58,860 nucleotides of DNA from a virus. Location: the IMG/VR virus record IMGVR_UViG_3300043137_000366. The stretch is one strand, 5' to 3'. Below the pieces are notes generated by a model. The model was not told where the DNA came from. It made no database searches and saw only the letters and a program-made list of their open reading frames with translations. Positions 41,932-51,401 of the stretch are shown here, piece by piece; position 1 is the first letter of the stretch, and the number at the start of each line of letters is the position of its first letter. A program made the position numbers and the translations under genes.

Positions 41932-42317
41932 AGCTTATCCGCAGCGCGCTTCGCGGCTTTGACGATGAAGTCGACCTCGATGGGGTTTCGCTCGCGGATG
42001 ATCTTCCGGAAAGTCGCCATCGCGGTCAGTTCGTGCGTAGGCGCTTTCACTCTTGCGTAGTCGTCCGGAAGAGCGTTCGCCTTCTTGACCTTGTCCTCGG
42101 TCCATAGCGCGTAGATCGCCTTGTAGACGTCGCTCGCAGGCTTGAGTCCAAGCCCTTTGGTGAGGATGACGGAAACCGTCTCCCATCGCACGCGCCTGTT
42201 ATTCGTGACCTTCCAGACGGTCGATTTCGACATTTTGAGCGCCTTCCCAACATCGCCCAGGGTCAGGCCCTTGCCTTCGATGAGCGCCAGCACTTCACTT
42301 CCGTAGGTAGCCTTCAT
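41928..42317 (-). CDS. Helix-turn-helix DNA-binding protein
   Basis: ATG at 42317; the track start at 42359 is TTG. HTH segment LTLGDVGKALKMSKSTVWKV. Its stop overlaps the stop of the convergent + gene. Confidence 0.55.
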   Translation of the reverse strand: MKATYGSEVLALIEGKGLTLGDVGKALKMSKSTVWKVTNNRRVRWETVSVILTKGLGLKPASDVYKAIYALWTEDKVKKANALPDDYARVKAPTHELTAMATFRKIIRERNPIEVDFIVKAAKRAADKL

Positions 42318-42377
42318 TTCGTCGAGAAGCCTGCGCTCGCGCTCGCGTTTCGGCAACAATAAAGATGGGCACTAAAA

Positions 42378-44489
42378 TCATCCCTTCTTCCACCGATCAT
42401 CCTTCACCCGCTGGATGCGGTTCATTTTTGCCAGCGCGGCAAGCCCTCGCTTGGCCTCCGCGCTGGTGGTGCCGAACTTCTGACGAATCCACTTCACCCC
42501 GTCGGCATAGGCGAACTCGTCAGGAAGGGCTGACAGGTAGGTGGTGGCGTCGACAATCTCCTCGCCCTCTTCCTCCGGCTCCGGGCATTGGTCCCACGCG
42601 AGACCGTCGCCAGGCTTGCCGTGCGACAAGAAGATGGAGGTGACATTCTGGTGAGGATCGACCCCGTATTGCCACTTCATCCCCGCCCTCTTGCCACGCT
42701 TCGAGATTGTGAAACGGAACTTCCCGGGGTGCTTGGCGAGCGGCTGAAGGACAGCAATCGCTCGCGCCCAGTTGACGAGCTCCGACGAGCCAAGACCGGA
42801 ATAAGAAAGGTCGGACTCCGCCCAGCCGGATCGCGCCTTGGCGTCGGTCGGTGGCTTCCCGGTGTGATGGATGCAGACGAGGATTGCGCCCGTGCGCTTC
42901 AGAACTGGATTGAGCCAGTTTCTCAGGAATTGAGAGGCGACTTTCTGGAGGCTGATGTCGTCGCCGACGTAGGAGAGGAGCGGGTCGATGAACACGACTT
43001 CCGAGCCCGTCTCGATGATCATTTGCTCCAGCCACTTGCAGAACTCCTCACCCGTGCGCGTGGTTTCCTCTTGGAACACGATGTTGTTCACCATCGCCGT
43101 CAGCGCGGGCCTGCCGAAATACCGCTTCGCCGCCTTCTCGACGCCCAGCAGCATCTCCTTGAGGTCGCCGGGATCGTTCTCCGCTTGCACGATCAGGGTC
43201 TTGAGCGGTCGCCGGAACGTGATCCCATGCCATGGCTCGCCAGCGGCAGCGTGCAGGGCGAACGAGGTCGTAAGCGTGCTCTTGCCGATACCGGAAGGCC
43301 CGATCACCACGAATGAGCCGCCTTTGCCAAGGAAGCGCCCTTGGTGGCCGATGAGGGAGGTTGGGTCGTCGTCGATGTTGACGTCATAGACGTCGGCAAA
43401 CGTGCGGAGGGTGGCGAGGATAGGGTTGCGGGCGACGTCGAGCAGCTTGTTGACTGTCGCGCGCCCTGGGGACTCCGCCCGCACGAAGTCGTTGAAATCC
43501 TTGTGGGCTGCCGGGACGTTGGCGACAAGCAGGCGAGTCGATGCCTTCTTGGTCGAGCGGATCCGCTCCAGCCATTCCTCCGCCGGCGTGCGCCCGGTCG
43601 TCTTGTGCTTCTTTTCCGCCGGGTCGTTTTGAGGGACGGCGATGATTTGCGGGAGGTCGTAGCCGGAAAAGTCGGTGTTGGAGTTTGCGCCCCGGGTGAT
43701 TATCGCGGCCGCATGGCCTTCGCCCTCATGCCAGCCGATGGCGTCGAGCATCGCGAAAGCGTCCCATTGGGATTCGAACGCCATGACGCGCCCCGCTGTC
43801 GCGAGGTCGCCAACGATCAGGGGCGTATTGTTGTCACCCTTGGGGTGGTAGGCCCAGCCCTTGCCGTCGCTGAACCGATAGTGGCACCGGATCACAACTC
43901 CGGCGGCGTCCTTAACCGGGAGGGCAAAATTCCCACGGTGCAGCCCGATCAGGCCCTCGGCGTGGAGCTGAAGTACAAACTCGGGAGAGAACCCGCGCCA
44001 TGCCGCCAGTTCGGCGGCTTTCTCCGGCGTGAAGGCGTTGAGGCAGGCTTGCCAGTCGAAGGCGGGCGCGGCGGCAGGCGGTTGATCGTCATTCACTGGC
44101 GGGCGGGCGGCGGGCGGTTCGCAATTCCCGGACATTCGAAAGTTCCGGAGATCGATCACGCGCGCGGCGGGCGGTTGGTCCGATACCATGCCGATGTGGT
44201 CGCCGATCTGGCGGATGGCCTCCTTGAAGTCGACCCCGTGGACGAGTTCCCAAAGTCGGATCAGGTCGCCGCCTTCGCCGGTGGCTCGGTCCATCCAGAT
44301 GCCTGCTTTTTCGCCCTCAAGCTCGACATCCATCGAATCACCCGGCCCGCCGTCAATGCCTCCAACGACGTATTTCTTGCCCCGGAACTTGCCGCCGGGA
44401 AGGAGCGTCGGGAGGAGTTCGCGGATGCGCGAAATCAGACCTTCGCGGAGGTCGGGGATGCGTGTGTCAGGGTTCACAGCGAGATTCAT
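42378..44489 (-). CDS. Primase-helicase (N-terminal primase-like region + RepA/DnaB-like AAA ATPase)
   Basis: Walker A GPSGIGKST and Walker B VVFIDPL. The N-terminal WMDRATGEGGDLIRLW pattern is seen in phage and plasmid primases. Confidence 0.75.
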   Translation of the reverse strand: MNLAVNPDTRIPDLREGLISRIRELLPTLLPGGKFRGKKYVVGGIDGGPGDSMDVELEGEKAGIWMDRATGEGGDLIRLWELVHGVDFKEAIRQIGDHIGMVSDQPPAARVIDLRNFRMSGNCEPPAARPPVNDDQPPAAAPAFDWQACLNAFTPEKAAELAAWRGFSPEFVLQLHAEGLIGLHRGNFALPVKDAAGVVIRCHYRFSDGKGWAYHPKGDNNTPLIVGDLATAGRVMAFESQWDAFAMLDAIGWHEGEGHAAAIITRGANSNTDFSGYDLPQIIAVPQNDPAEKKHKTTGRTPAEEWLERIRSTKKASTRLLVANVPAAHKDFNDFVRAESPGRATVNKLLDVARNPILATLRTFADVYDVNIDDDPTSLIGHQGRFLGKGGSFVVIGPSGIGKSTLTTSFALHAAAGEPWHGITFRRPLKTLIVQAENDPGDLKEMLLGVEKAAKRYFGRPALTAMVNNIVFQEETTRTGEEFCKWLEQMIIETGSEVVFIDPLLSYVGDDISLQKVASQFLRNWLNPVLKRTGAILVCIHHTGKPPTDAKARSGWAESDLSYSGLGSSELVNWARAIAVLQPLAKHPGKFRFTISKRGKRAGMKWQYGVDPHQNVTSIFLSHGKPGDGLAWDQCPEPEEEGEEIVDATTYLSALPDEFAYADGVKWIRQKFGTTSAEAKRGLAALAKMNRIQRVKDDRWKKG

Positions 44490-44496
44490 TTCAAGG

Positions 44497-44513
44497 TTCG
44501 TGTTACGTCAACG
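44497..44513 (-). promoter_or_regulatory. Dispersed motif copy CGTTGACGTAACACGAA
   Basis: The TGA of the motif is the stop codon of the helicase gene. Lies 7 nt upstream of the primase ATG. Confidence 0.8.
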
Positions 44514-46028
44514 ACCCGTGCGAGAGCGACTAAATTTTTCATCAAGGAATGCTTTTGCCTCCTTGGCCGTGCATGTGACGGGGTCGGGGTGGCGGAATTT
44601 TTGCAAAAGCGCGACCTGGCCAACGGTGGCGAGTTTTTCTTTTGAGCGGTTGAACAGGCGGTCGAGCAGCATCGACGCCTCCCCCATCGTGGGTGGGCAT
44701 TTGATGTGGAAGCGTTCCAGCGTCGTCCGCTGGCCCTGGGTGGCGGGCTTGGTTTCCCAGCCCATCACCGGGGCATACTCGCGCATCTTAGTGTCCTTCA
44801 GCAGAGCGGCCACGTTCTCAAGCGAAACGTATCGCTCCTTCCGTCGGACGCCCTCAGCAAGTTCGCGGATCAACGCGGCCTCGCGCTCGGCCTCAGCGGT
44901 GCCAACAGCCTCGGCGAGGTCAGTTTCGTCGCCGTTCTCCAGCACCTTCGTGATCGATTCCTCTTCCGCTTCACTCTTGGCGACAAGAGACGCCGCTTTT
45001 GCGAGGTTGTGTTTCCCGTGGAGCCAGAGGAAGTCGAGGAACAGTAGATCCTTCTTGCCAGGGTACAGGCGCGTGCCACGTCCGACCATCTGGGCGAGCA
45101 GCCCGCGAGACTTCGTCGGACGGAGAACCACGACGCAATCGATCGAGGGTTCGTCATACCCTTCGGTGAGCAGCATCGCGTTACACAGACACCTGAACTC
45201 GCCCTTTCCGTACTTGGCGAGAATTTCGGAGCGGTCTGGAGAATTGCCGTCGACATGGCAGGCCGACACGCCGGCACGCTCGCACGCGGCCACGAATTTC
45301 TTGGAGGTTTCGACCAGCGGTAGAAAGACGAGGATTTTCCGGTCAGGCAGCGTGGCGAGACATTCGGCAATCGTGTCCAGGTAAGGCTCGATGGCGCTGG
45401 CGATGCCGCCTGAGTCGAGATCGCCCGCCAGTTGCGCAATCTGGGAAATGTCGATCTTGAGCGGGATCGACTTCACCATGACCGGCGCAAGATACCCCTG
45501 CTTGATCAGGTCCAGAATCGTGCATTCGTAGGCGAGGTTGTCAAAGAAAGCGGCCAGCGACCGCTTGTCGCCGCGGTCGGGCGTGGCGGTGACTCCGAGC
45601 ACACGGGCATCGAAGTAGTTGATCGTCGTCTGCCACTGGTCAGCGAGCGCGTGGTGGGCCTCGTCCGCTACCACGAGCCCAAAGTGATCTTTCGGCCACG
45701 ATTCAAGGCGAGCACGCTGGAGCGTCTGCACGGATGCCACGACAACGTCAGCGTCACGGGTGGCGCGTTGATCCGCCTTCTCGATCTCCACGCACAGGCC
45801 CGTGACTTTGTGGACCTTGTCGGCGGCCTGATTCACCAATTCCTCCCGGTGAGCGAGGATCAGGGATCGCTCGTTGCGCTTTTTATGGAAGCGGTGGGCG
45901 ATTCCGGCGAAACAGAGCGTTTTGCCCCCTCCGGTCGGAAGGACTCCGAGTTGTCGCCGGAAGCCGTCGGCAAAGCCCTTGGCGACGGCCGCGATGAAGT
46001 TGTTTTGGTAGGGGCGAAATTCGATCAT
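44508..46028 (-). CDS. SF2 DEAD/DEAH-box helicase
   Basis: LPTGGGKT (motif I), VVADEAHH (motif II), GVTATP (motif III), QMVGRGTR (motif VI). Confidence 0.85.
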   Translation of the reverse strand: MIEFRPYQNNFIAAVAKGFADGFRRQLGVLPTGGGKTLCFAGIAHRFHKKRNERSLILAHREELVNQAADKVHKVTGLCVEIEKADQRATRDADVVVASVQTLQRARLESWPKDHFGLVVADEAHHALADQWQTTINYFDARVLGVTATPDRGDKRSLAAFFDNLAYECTILDLIKQGYLAPVMVKSIPLKIDISQIAQLAGDLDSGGIASAIEPYLDTIAECLATLPDRKILVFLPLVETSKKFVAACERAGVSACHVDGNSPDRSEILAKYGKGEFRCLCNAMLLTEGYDEPSIDCVVVLRPTKSRGLLAQMVGRGTRLYPGKKDLLFLDFLWLHGKHNLAKAASLVAKSEAEEESITKVLENGDETDLAEAVGTAEAEREAALIRELAEGVRRKERYVSLENVAALLKDTKMREYAPVMGWETKPATQGQRTTLERFHIKCPPTMGEASMLLDRLFNRSKEKLATVGQVALLQKFRHPDPVTCTAKEAKAFLDEKFSRSRTGR

Positions 46029-46037
46029 GGGGGATAA

Positions 46038-46364
46038 TTATTGGAGGCTTGGTTGGGATAATTCACTGTTCTCGCGATATGAGATTTTCCAGTCCACCAC
46101 GTCGGTTCGCGTCCCGATCCGGTATTCGTAATGGCCTCCGACCTCGATCCACATCTTGCAAGACGCCTTCCATTCTTCGGGAGTCGTGCCGTATTTTTTG
46201 CGGAGCTTGAAGCCTTCCACTTCCTCCCATTCGGTCCACTTGTCCCACTGCTTGTCATACCATCGCATCTCCAGAAAAGAGCGAGAACAAGCCGTCTCAT
46301 CCAACCCCTTCCCGCTTTCTTGTTCGGCGTCGGCTGGCTTCGATTCTATCTGATTTTTTGGCAT
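46038..46364 (-). CDS. Hypothetical Trp-rich protein (cassette gene B2, contains GLDETAC motif)
   Basis: ATG at 46364, 4 nt after the stop of 46369..46674. An alternative start is MRWYDK at about 46271. Confidence 0.5.
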   Translation of the reverse strand: MPKNQIESKPADAEQESGKGLDETACSRSFLEMRWYDKQWDKWTEWEEVEGFKLRKKYGTTPEEWKASCKMWIEVGGHYEYRIGTRTDVVDWKISYRENSELSQPSLQ

Positions 46365-46368
46365 AGTC

Positions 46369-46674
46369 TTAGGGCTTCGATTCGGGGTGGATGGACTCAG
46401 CGTTCGGCCAACCAATAGCATCGAAATCGTGAGAGCATGGTTCATCATCCCCACACACGATGCACTTTTCAGGCTCGTCCCATTCGCGGGGGTCGCCGTA
46501 TTCCGAGATTGCGGAAGTTCGGGAGCGTTGCTCGGATTGGCACACAGCGCGAAGCCGTTTCTCTGCCTCTCCATTTTCGGCGCGAACCTCTTGGTTTATC
46601 CGTCTAGTTTCGTCGGAAACAATAGCCGAACAATGAGTGAGAGGCAACGCCTCGGAGTTGGTTGGTGTATTCAT
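46369..46674 (-). CDS. Hypothetical protein (cassette gene A2), C-terminus ...CIVCGDDEPC...ESIHPESKP
   Basis: 101 aa. Its C-terminus is paralogous to that of 432..860. Confidence 0.55.
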   Translation of the reverse strand: MNTPTNSEALPLTHCSAIVSDETRRINQEVRAENGEAEKRLRAVCQSEQRSRTSAISEYGDPREWDEPEKCIVCGDDEPCSHDFDAIGWPNAESIHPESKP

Positions 46675-46677
46675 GAT

Positions 46678-46917
46678 TTATTTGGGGCATGCCTCCACAG
46701 AGGCGTTCCCACCACGCATATTCCAGCGGGCGATTGCCGCTTCTTTGCTGGCACTTGGCCTTTGTTGAATCGCGCACGCTCCACCGAGGTTGATGGTGTT
46801 GCGACATACGACGCCCCACCACCGTCTTTCACCCATGATCCTGTCACGGGTTCGCTCCGCCTCCTCAAGCTTCACCTCGCCTCCACAAAACGGGCACGGA
46901 AGGAGTTTTTCGCTCAT
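46678..46917 (-). CDS. Lar-family restriction-alleviation-like protein
   Basis: MSEKLLPCPFCGGE...VVC...C...EAAIARWNMR matches the Lar family pattern. ATGA overlap upstream. Confidence 0.6.
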   Translation of the reverse strand: MSEKLLPCPFCGGEVKLEEAERTRDRIMGERRWWGVVCRNTINLGGACAIQQRPSASKEAAIARWNMRGGNASVEACPK

Positions 46918-47192
46918 AGTCCAACCTCCCCAACTTTCTCCAATAGTTCCCGCCCATCCGGCGTGATCTCGACCCACTGCTTGCGACGGTCGGACAGCGA
47001 GCGAACGCGCACAGCAAGCCCGCTTTCTCCAAGTCGGTCCACAATGTCAGTCGCCATCGCGGTTGACACCCCGACTTTTCCAGCAAGCTCGCTGATCAAG
47101 AGGGATGTTTTTGAAAGCTCCTCCAAGGCGATTGCCTGGTTGAAGCTGGTGATCCCCCGCTCGCGCAGGATGGTGATGATGGCGGCGATCAT
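46914..47192 (-). CDS. MarR-type winged-helix transcription regulator
   Basis: LLISELAGKVGVSTAMATDIVDRLGESGLAVRVRSLSDRRKQWVEITPDGRELL. Confidence 0.6.
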   Translation of the reverse strand: MIAAIITILRERGITSFNQAIALEELSKTSLLISELAGKVGVSTAMATDIVDRLGESGLAVRVRSLSDRRKQWVEITPDGRELLEKVGEVGL

Positions 47193-47623
47193 ACCTCTTC
47201 ATCGTAAGGGGTGAAATTTCCAAGCAGGTAGTTCCGCAAAACCGAGACCGCGACCGTTGGGCAGTTGATGACGCGGACGAAATACCCGTCGGCGTGCAAC
47301 TCCTCCATGCGGTCCCACTGCTCGGCCTTGATGGCTCCGGTGGAGGTCTTCAGTTCGATCCAGCATCCGTGGTAGCCGTTGCGCGGGACTGGAAGACAAA
47401 GGTCGGGGACGCCACTCGTGACTCCCTCGGCCTTCATCTTCTTGGCGACCGCCATGTGACGCTTGCCGCCGTTCGGGACCGCAAACAACTTCAGGATGTC
47501 AGGCACCTCGAAGGCGAACAGCAGCACGTCGGAGATGACCTTGATCTGCATGTCGGACTCCTTCCCCTGCCACGCCTCCCTGAAGGGCTTGCGGATGTCG
47601 ATGATGCCTCTACTGCTTCCCAT
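47189..47623 (-). CDS. VRR-NUC domain nuclease
   Basis: GVPDLCL...GCWIELKT gives the D...E.K catalytic pattern. The start is uncertain (47623 or 47551). Confidence 0.65.
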   Translation of the reverse strand: MGSSRGIIDIRKPFREAWQGKESDMQIKVISDVLLFAFEVPDILKLFAVPNGGKRHMAVAKKMKAEGVTSGVPDLCLPVPRNGYHGCWIELKTSTGAIKAEQWDRMEELHADGYFVRVINCPTVAVSVLRNYLLGNFTPYDEEV

Positions 47624-47852
47624 GGTGGCGCGGATGTTTGGTGGCTGCGGCGGAGATCGCCTGATCGGGGTCGCGGAGCTGGCTCTTGTGTCGCCATACC
47701 TCGTGACCATTCCCGACGCGAACGACGGCATAGTTCGTGCCGCGGAATTGAGTGATCGCACGTTCAAGCAATTCCTGCTCGTCGGCGGTGTAGGTGGAGG
47801 TCACGGATTTGTAGCCGGCGGCCTGGGCCTCTTCTTGACTGAATGTCTTCAT
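47610..47852 (-). CDS. Hypothetical protein
   Basis: ATG at 47852 overlaps the upstream stop (ATGA). Confidence 0.5.
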   Translation of the reverse strand: MKTFSQEEAQAAGYKSVTSTYTADEQELLERAITQFRGTNYAVVRVGNGHEVWRHKSQLRDPDQAISAAATKHPRHHGKQ

Positions 47853-48649
47853 CGTGGGGTTGGGGCGTAGTCCTTTTCGTAGCACCAGAGTCCAAAGGCA
47901 TGCTTGAAGGCGTGCCATGCCTGCTCGCCGTTGTCCCAGACCTTCGCCTGCACCTTGTCGGGGCGGTCGGACGGGATGATGAGCGAGACTAGCAGCGGGA
48001 GATTTCCAGCGGCGTCGCGGTCGTTGTCAGCGTAGGCGGCAAGCTGCATCGGCCATTCCTTGTAGAACGTGCCCTTGGGCTTGTTTTTGAGCTTCTGCGA
48101 TTTGAAGTCGATGATCGCCAGTCGCTCACGCCCTTCGTGGCGGATGATCGCCTTGAGGTCGCGGCGTCCGGCGAATCCCATCGGGTGAACGATCTTGTCC
48201 TCAGCGGCAATTACCTCGACGACATTCTCGCGAAACCACTCGTCGTAGCCTGCCACGTAGTCGAGGATCTCCCCCTTCCCCATGAAGCACCCGAGCGTGT
48301 TGCGCTGCTCGCATTGCTCATGGAGGAGTTCGCCCCATTCGGCGGCCTCGCGCCCGATGCGTTCGGACTCGTCGGCAATCCGGGTGTGCCAGTCGGATTC
48401 AGCCTCGCCGGGATTCCTTGGGGTGTTGAGAGCGGCCATGATCGCGTTGTCCTGCATCCAGGTGATGAGCGCGGGCTTGGCCTTGACGGCGAGGATGTTG
48501 GTGACGGACGGAACAAGGTCGAGCTTGCGGGCGTCGGTGACGATCGTGGGCCGTGGGAGCCCGGTCGTCTTGGCGATGACCGTGTGGCATGGCGTGCCGT
48601 CGCGGTGATACCAGTGCGACGACTTTTCGGCGCGGTTGATGAGGGCCAT
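47849..48649 (-). CDS. PD-(D/E)XK family exonuclease (YqaJ/Cas4-like recombination exonuclease), putative
   Basis: FAGRRDL...LAIIDFKSQK gives the D...(D/E)xK motif. Located in the recombination module. Confidence 0.6.
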   Translation of the reverse strand: MALINRAEKSSHWYHRDGTPCHTVIAKTTGLPRPTIVTDARKLDLVPSVTNILAVKAKPALITWMQDNAIMAALNTPRNPGEAESDWHTRIADESERIGREAAEWGELLHEQCEQRNTLGCFMGKGEILDYVAGYDEWFRENVVEVIAAEDKIVHPMGFAGRRDLKAIIRHEGRERLAIIDFKSQKLKNKPKGTFYKEWPMQLAAYADNDRDAAGNLPLLVSLIIPSDRPDKVQAKVWDNGEQAWHAFKHAFGLWCYEKDYAPTPR

Positions 48650-48651
48650 GG

Positions 48652-49278
48652 TTATTTCAGGTCAGATTTCCGAAACACCACGCCCACGCAGTAGAGTTCG
48701 CCATCCTCAAGGATGCGGAACTCCGCGTGCGGCATCGTCAGCTTGTAGTGCCAGGACGGCTTGCGCCCATCGGGCATCTCTTTGTCCCACACGGCCTCGA
48801 TCTGGTTGACGTGCGGGCGGGACATCGTTCCGTCGGCCACAAGCTTGTCGATGGCGTTCAACGCGCCCTCGTCGAAGATTTTGCCGGACTTGGAGAAGTA
48901 GGTGACGCCGCCTCCGCTTTCCTCAAACATCGCACCCCGGAACTCGGTGCAGTCGTCCGAGTAGCCGAAGACGATGATGAATCCCTTATCCTTGGCCTCT
49001 GCCTCAAGCTCCTTCGTGGTCTCGTTGCCGGTTTCCCGGCCGTCGAGCTTGGCGGCGAACTCTTCAAGCTCGGCCATTCCAGGATCAGGCGGCGGGAGGT
49101 AGATGCTCGGGTAGGAGACAACCAACCGGAATTTCCCGGCGGAGATTGGGGCCAGCCCGGAGTCGAGGGCCTGCTTCAGTGTTGCCGCGTCGTTTCCGAT
49201 CAGCAAGAAGTCGGGTCCGTCTTCGGTGAATCGGATGAGGCAGCCTGTGCCTGTGAGTCCGTTGGTGGTAGTGCTCAT
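48652..49278 (-). CDS. Hypothetical protein
   Basis: 208-aa ORF. A motif copy abuts its ATG. Confidence 0.55.
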   Translation of the reverse strand: MSTTTNGLTGTGCLIRFTEDGPDFLLIGNDAATLKQALDSGLAPISAGKFRLVVSYPSIYLPPPDPGMAELEEFAAKLDGRETGNETTKELEAEAKDKGFIIVFGYSDDCTEFRGAMFEESGGGVTYFSKSGKIFDEGALNAIDKLVADGTMSRPHVNQIEAVWDKEMPDGRKPSWHYKLTMPHAEFRILEDGELYCVGVVFRKSDLK

Positions 49279-49280
49279 GG

Positions 49281-49295
49281 TTCGCGTTACGTTGA
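49281..49295 (-). promoter_or_regulatory. Dispersed motif copy TCAACGTAACGCGAA
   Basis: Followed by CC and then ATG 49278. Confidence 0.7.
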
Positions 49296-49310
49296 TGGTT
49301 TGTCCAAGAG

Positions 49311-49619
49311 TTAGAGACCGTTGATGGCCTTGATGACGGCGGCGAGGTCGAGCGTCTCGACGTTCTGCTTGAGGATCTCGACCTCACGCTCCTCAGTGGA
49401 GGTGGTGTTCGGCGCGTAGCCTTTGATCTCCTTGAGTGGGTTCTCTTTCAGGAAGGAATCTCCCTTTGGGCTGTCGTAGACCGAGCCTTGAAGCTCCTTG
49501 GGAGTCCACGGGCGCTGTTCGAGCGTGACCCAGTTTCCTTGGCGCTCGACGCGCTTCTCTTCGACTTTGGTGATGGTGATGCGATACATGATGTTGTTGA
49601 TAGTTGGGATGCGATTCAC
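49311..49619 (-). CDS. Hypothetical protein
   Basis: 102-aa ORF with ATGA overlap upstream. Confidence 0.55.
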   Translation of the reverse strand: MNRIPTINNIMYRITITKVEEKRVERQGNWVTLEQRPWTPKELQGSVYDSPKGDSFLKENPLKEIKGYAPNTTSTEEREVEILKQNVETLDLAAVIKAINGL

Positions 49620-50905
49620 TCCGCCGAAACAGCCTGCCCGTCCTCAAACGCAACCGCGCCATCGACGATGTGCAGCCCGGTTTCTCCCGGCTCCTCTTGG
49701 AACTTCTCGACCCAGAGTTGGTAATCTCGGTCTTTCGCGAGATCGACGATGAGCTTGAAGTTTGCCCGGTTGATCAGAGCGCCCTCGCGAATCAGGATGA
49801 TCTTGAGTTCGGGGTTCTGTGCCATGGCCACCAGCGTCGAGATCCGAATCTGCTCGGCGGTGCTGAGTTGCTTGAAGAACGTGCCGTTGTAGAGCACGCC
49901 GTCGTCAGTGAGTTCCAGCCCGTCGAGGGGGAGGTCGGCATTCTTGACCGCCTCGATCTTCGCCTCGTCGATTTCCTCGATCCGTCGCGTGAGCGTTTCG
50001 TATTTGGCGCGGAGTTCCGTCACCTCCTTCGACTTCGCCTGATAGGCGGCTTTGTTGCGCACGGCCGCGTTGGTCTTATCGACCTGCTCGATGGCTTCGC
50101 GGGCGGCAGCGAGAGCTTCGGGGGTGGGGGCGGCGGCGAGCGCGTTGGTGAGCGCCCTGTCCATTTCCGTGACCATTTCTCCGGCTTTGCTCGCGACTGC
50201 TCTGGCAGATTCGAGGAGAGCAAGAAGCCTGGAGACTTCGGCATCGGCCGCGCGCGCTTTTTCTTCCGCGTCCTGGACCTGACGGCGGGCAGTGGAAACG
50301 AAAGCATCTGCCTCCTCCAATTCCCTCAAAGACGCCATCAGCGCACTTGCCGACAACTCCTCCGCTGGAACCCCCTCGCCGGGTTCGATCATCCCGTCGA
50401 GCTGCGCCTTGGCATCCTTTCCGTGCCGGCCAACGTCGGTGCGCTCGTTGAAGAATCCGACACGCCGCGCATCCAACTCAGTGAAGTCGAGGCCTGCCGC
50501 CTTCTTCAGGGCTTCGACCTGGGGCTTGGGAGCGAGCTCCGCAAACGCAACCGGGTCGAAGGCGTAATTGCCAAGAAGGCCATTCAGGAACGTCTGAGGC
50601 TTTTCGACCTTCACGCCACGGGCATCGGTGAGGGTCAGGTAGCGCCCCTTCTTCGTGATGTTGATGTCGAGGTTGTATTCGGCCTTGTCGGCACCGAGCA
50701 CGATCTTGATCGACCCACTCGGGCGTCCGTGGCGGATAGGATCGTCGAGGCCCGTGTTGGAGAGGGCGTAAACGATAGAGTCGAGCACCGAGCTTTTCCC
50801 TTGGGCGTTGTCGCCGGTGAGAATGATGGGCTCGTTGGTGGCCGGGTCGATTTCAATGGCGCGGATGCGCTTGACGTCTGCGATTTCGAGATGGAGGAGT
50901 TTCAT
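49616..50905 (-). CDS. SMC/SbcC-like AAA ATPase with central coiled coil
   Basis: ATG at 50905 (MKLLHLEIADVKRI...). Walker A GDNAQGKSS, a long coiled-coil middle, and a C-terminal ILIREGA segment resembling the D-loop region. Confidence 0.7.
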   Translation of the reverse strand: MKLLHLEIADVKRIRAIEIDPATNEPIILTGDNAQGKSSVLDSIVYALSNTGLDDPIRHGRPSGSIKIVLGADKAEYNLDINITKKGRYLTLTDARGVKVEKPQTFLNGLLGNYAFDPVAFAELAPKPQVEALKKAAGLDFTELDARRVGFFNERTDVGRHGKDAKAQLDGMIEPGEGVPAEELSASALMASLRELEEADAFVSTARRQVQDAEEKARAADAEVSRLLALLESARAVASKAGEMVTEMDRALTNALAAAPTPEALAAAREAIEQVDKTNAAVRNKAAYQAKSKEVTELRAKYETLTRRIEEIDEAKIEAVKNADLPLDGLELTDDGVLYNGTFFKQLSTAEQIRISTLVAMAQNPELKIILIREGALINRANFKLIVDLAKDRDYQLWVEKFQEEPGETGLHIVDGAVAFEDGQAVSAE

Positions 50906-51012
50906 GGATATAGTTCTGACTTTTGTAGGTGAAATTGTGCCGTCTCTCCGGCTGTCACGGTGGTTGTCATTTTTGAGGGCCAGTCGCACACCGTTTGGGA
51001 AGGCCGCAAATT

Positions 51013-51390
51013 TCAGGCCCGTAGTGGCTTTTTCCACTTCTGGGCTGGCTGGCGTTGCGCCAGGCGACCGTCGTTTTTCCAGTCGCCATGTTTGCCCTGC
51101 TGGCAGGCTTCAAGGAACAACTTGAATTGGAGTCCCTGCTTGACGCAGCGGGTCCAGATCATGCGATTGAGGGTGACTTTCCCTCCAAGCTCGCGCTTCT
51201 TCCGGCGAAGTGACGCCTTGATGCGCTGGCGACGGGTGGGCTTACGTGGCTTGGAGTGATGCTTGCGGCCTTGTGGCTCATGTGGTGGCTCCAAGACGAT
51301 TTCTCGGCTCGATTGACCAAAGGCATTTCCAACGCTGGCGAGGCAGGCTATTGCTGCGGCAAGGATGCCGCTCCTGTTTCTGAATCTCAT
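51013..51390 (-). CDS. Hypothetical very basic protein with signal-peptide-like N-terminus
   Basis: Begins MRFRNRSGILAAAIACLASVGNAFGQ, followed by K/R-rich sequence. It is the only sizeable ORF in a 500-nt gap. Confidence 0.4.
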   Translation of the reverse strand: MRFRNRSGILAAAIACLASVGNAFGQSSREIVLEPPHEPQGRKHHSKPRKPTRRQRIKASLRRKKRELGGKVTLNRMIWTRCVKQGLQFKLFLEACQQGKHGDWKNDGRLAQRQPAQKWKKPLRA

Positions 51391-51401
51391 GGCCGTAGGG
51401 G

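Noticed and set aside
43341-45384. Plus-strand ORFs 43341..44645 and 44188..45384 opposite the primase and helicase genes; likewise 49604..50932 and 53545..54558
   Set aside because: The minus frames contain Walker A/B and DEAH motifs. The plus frames are low-complexity.
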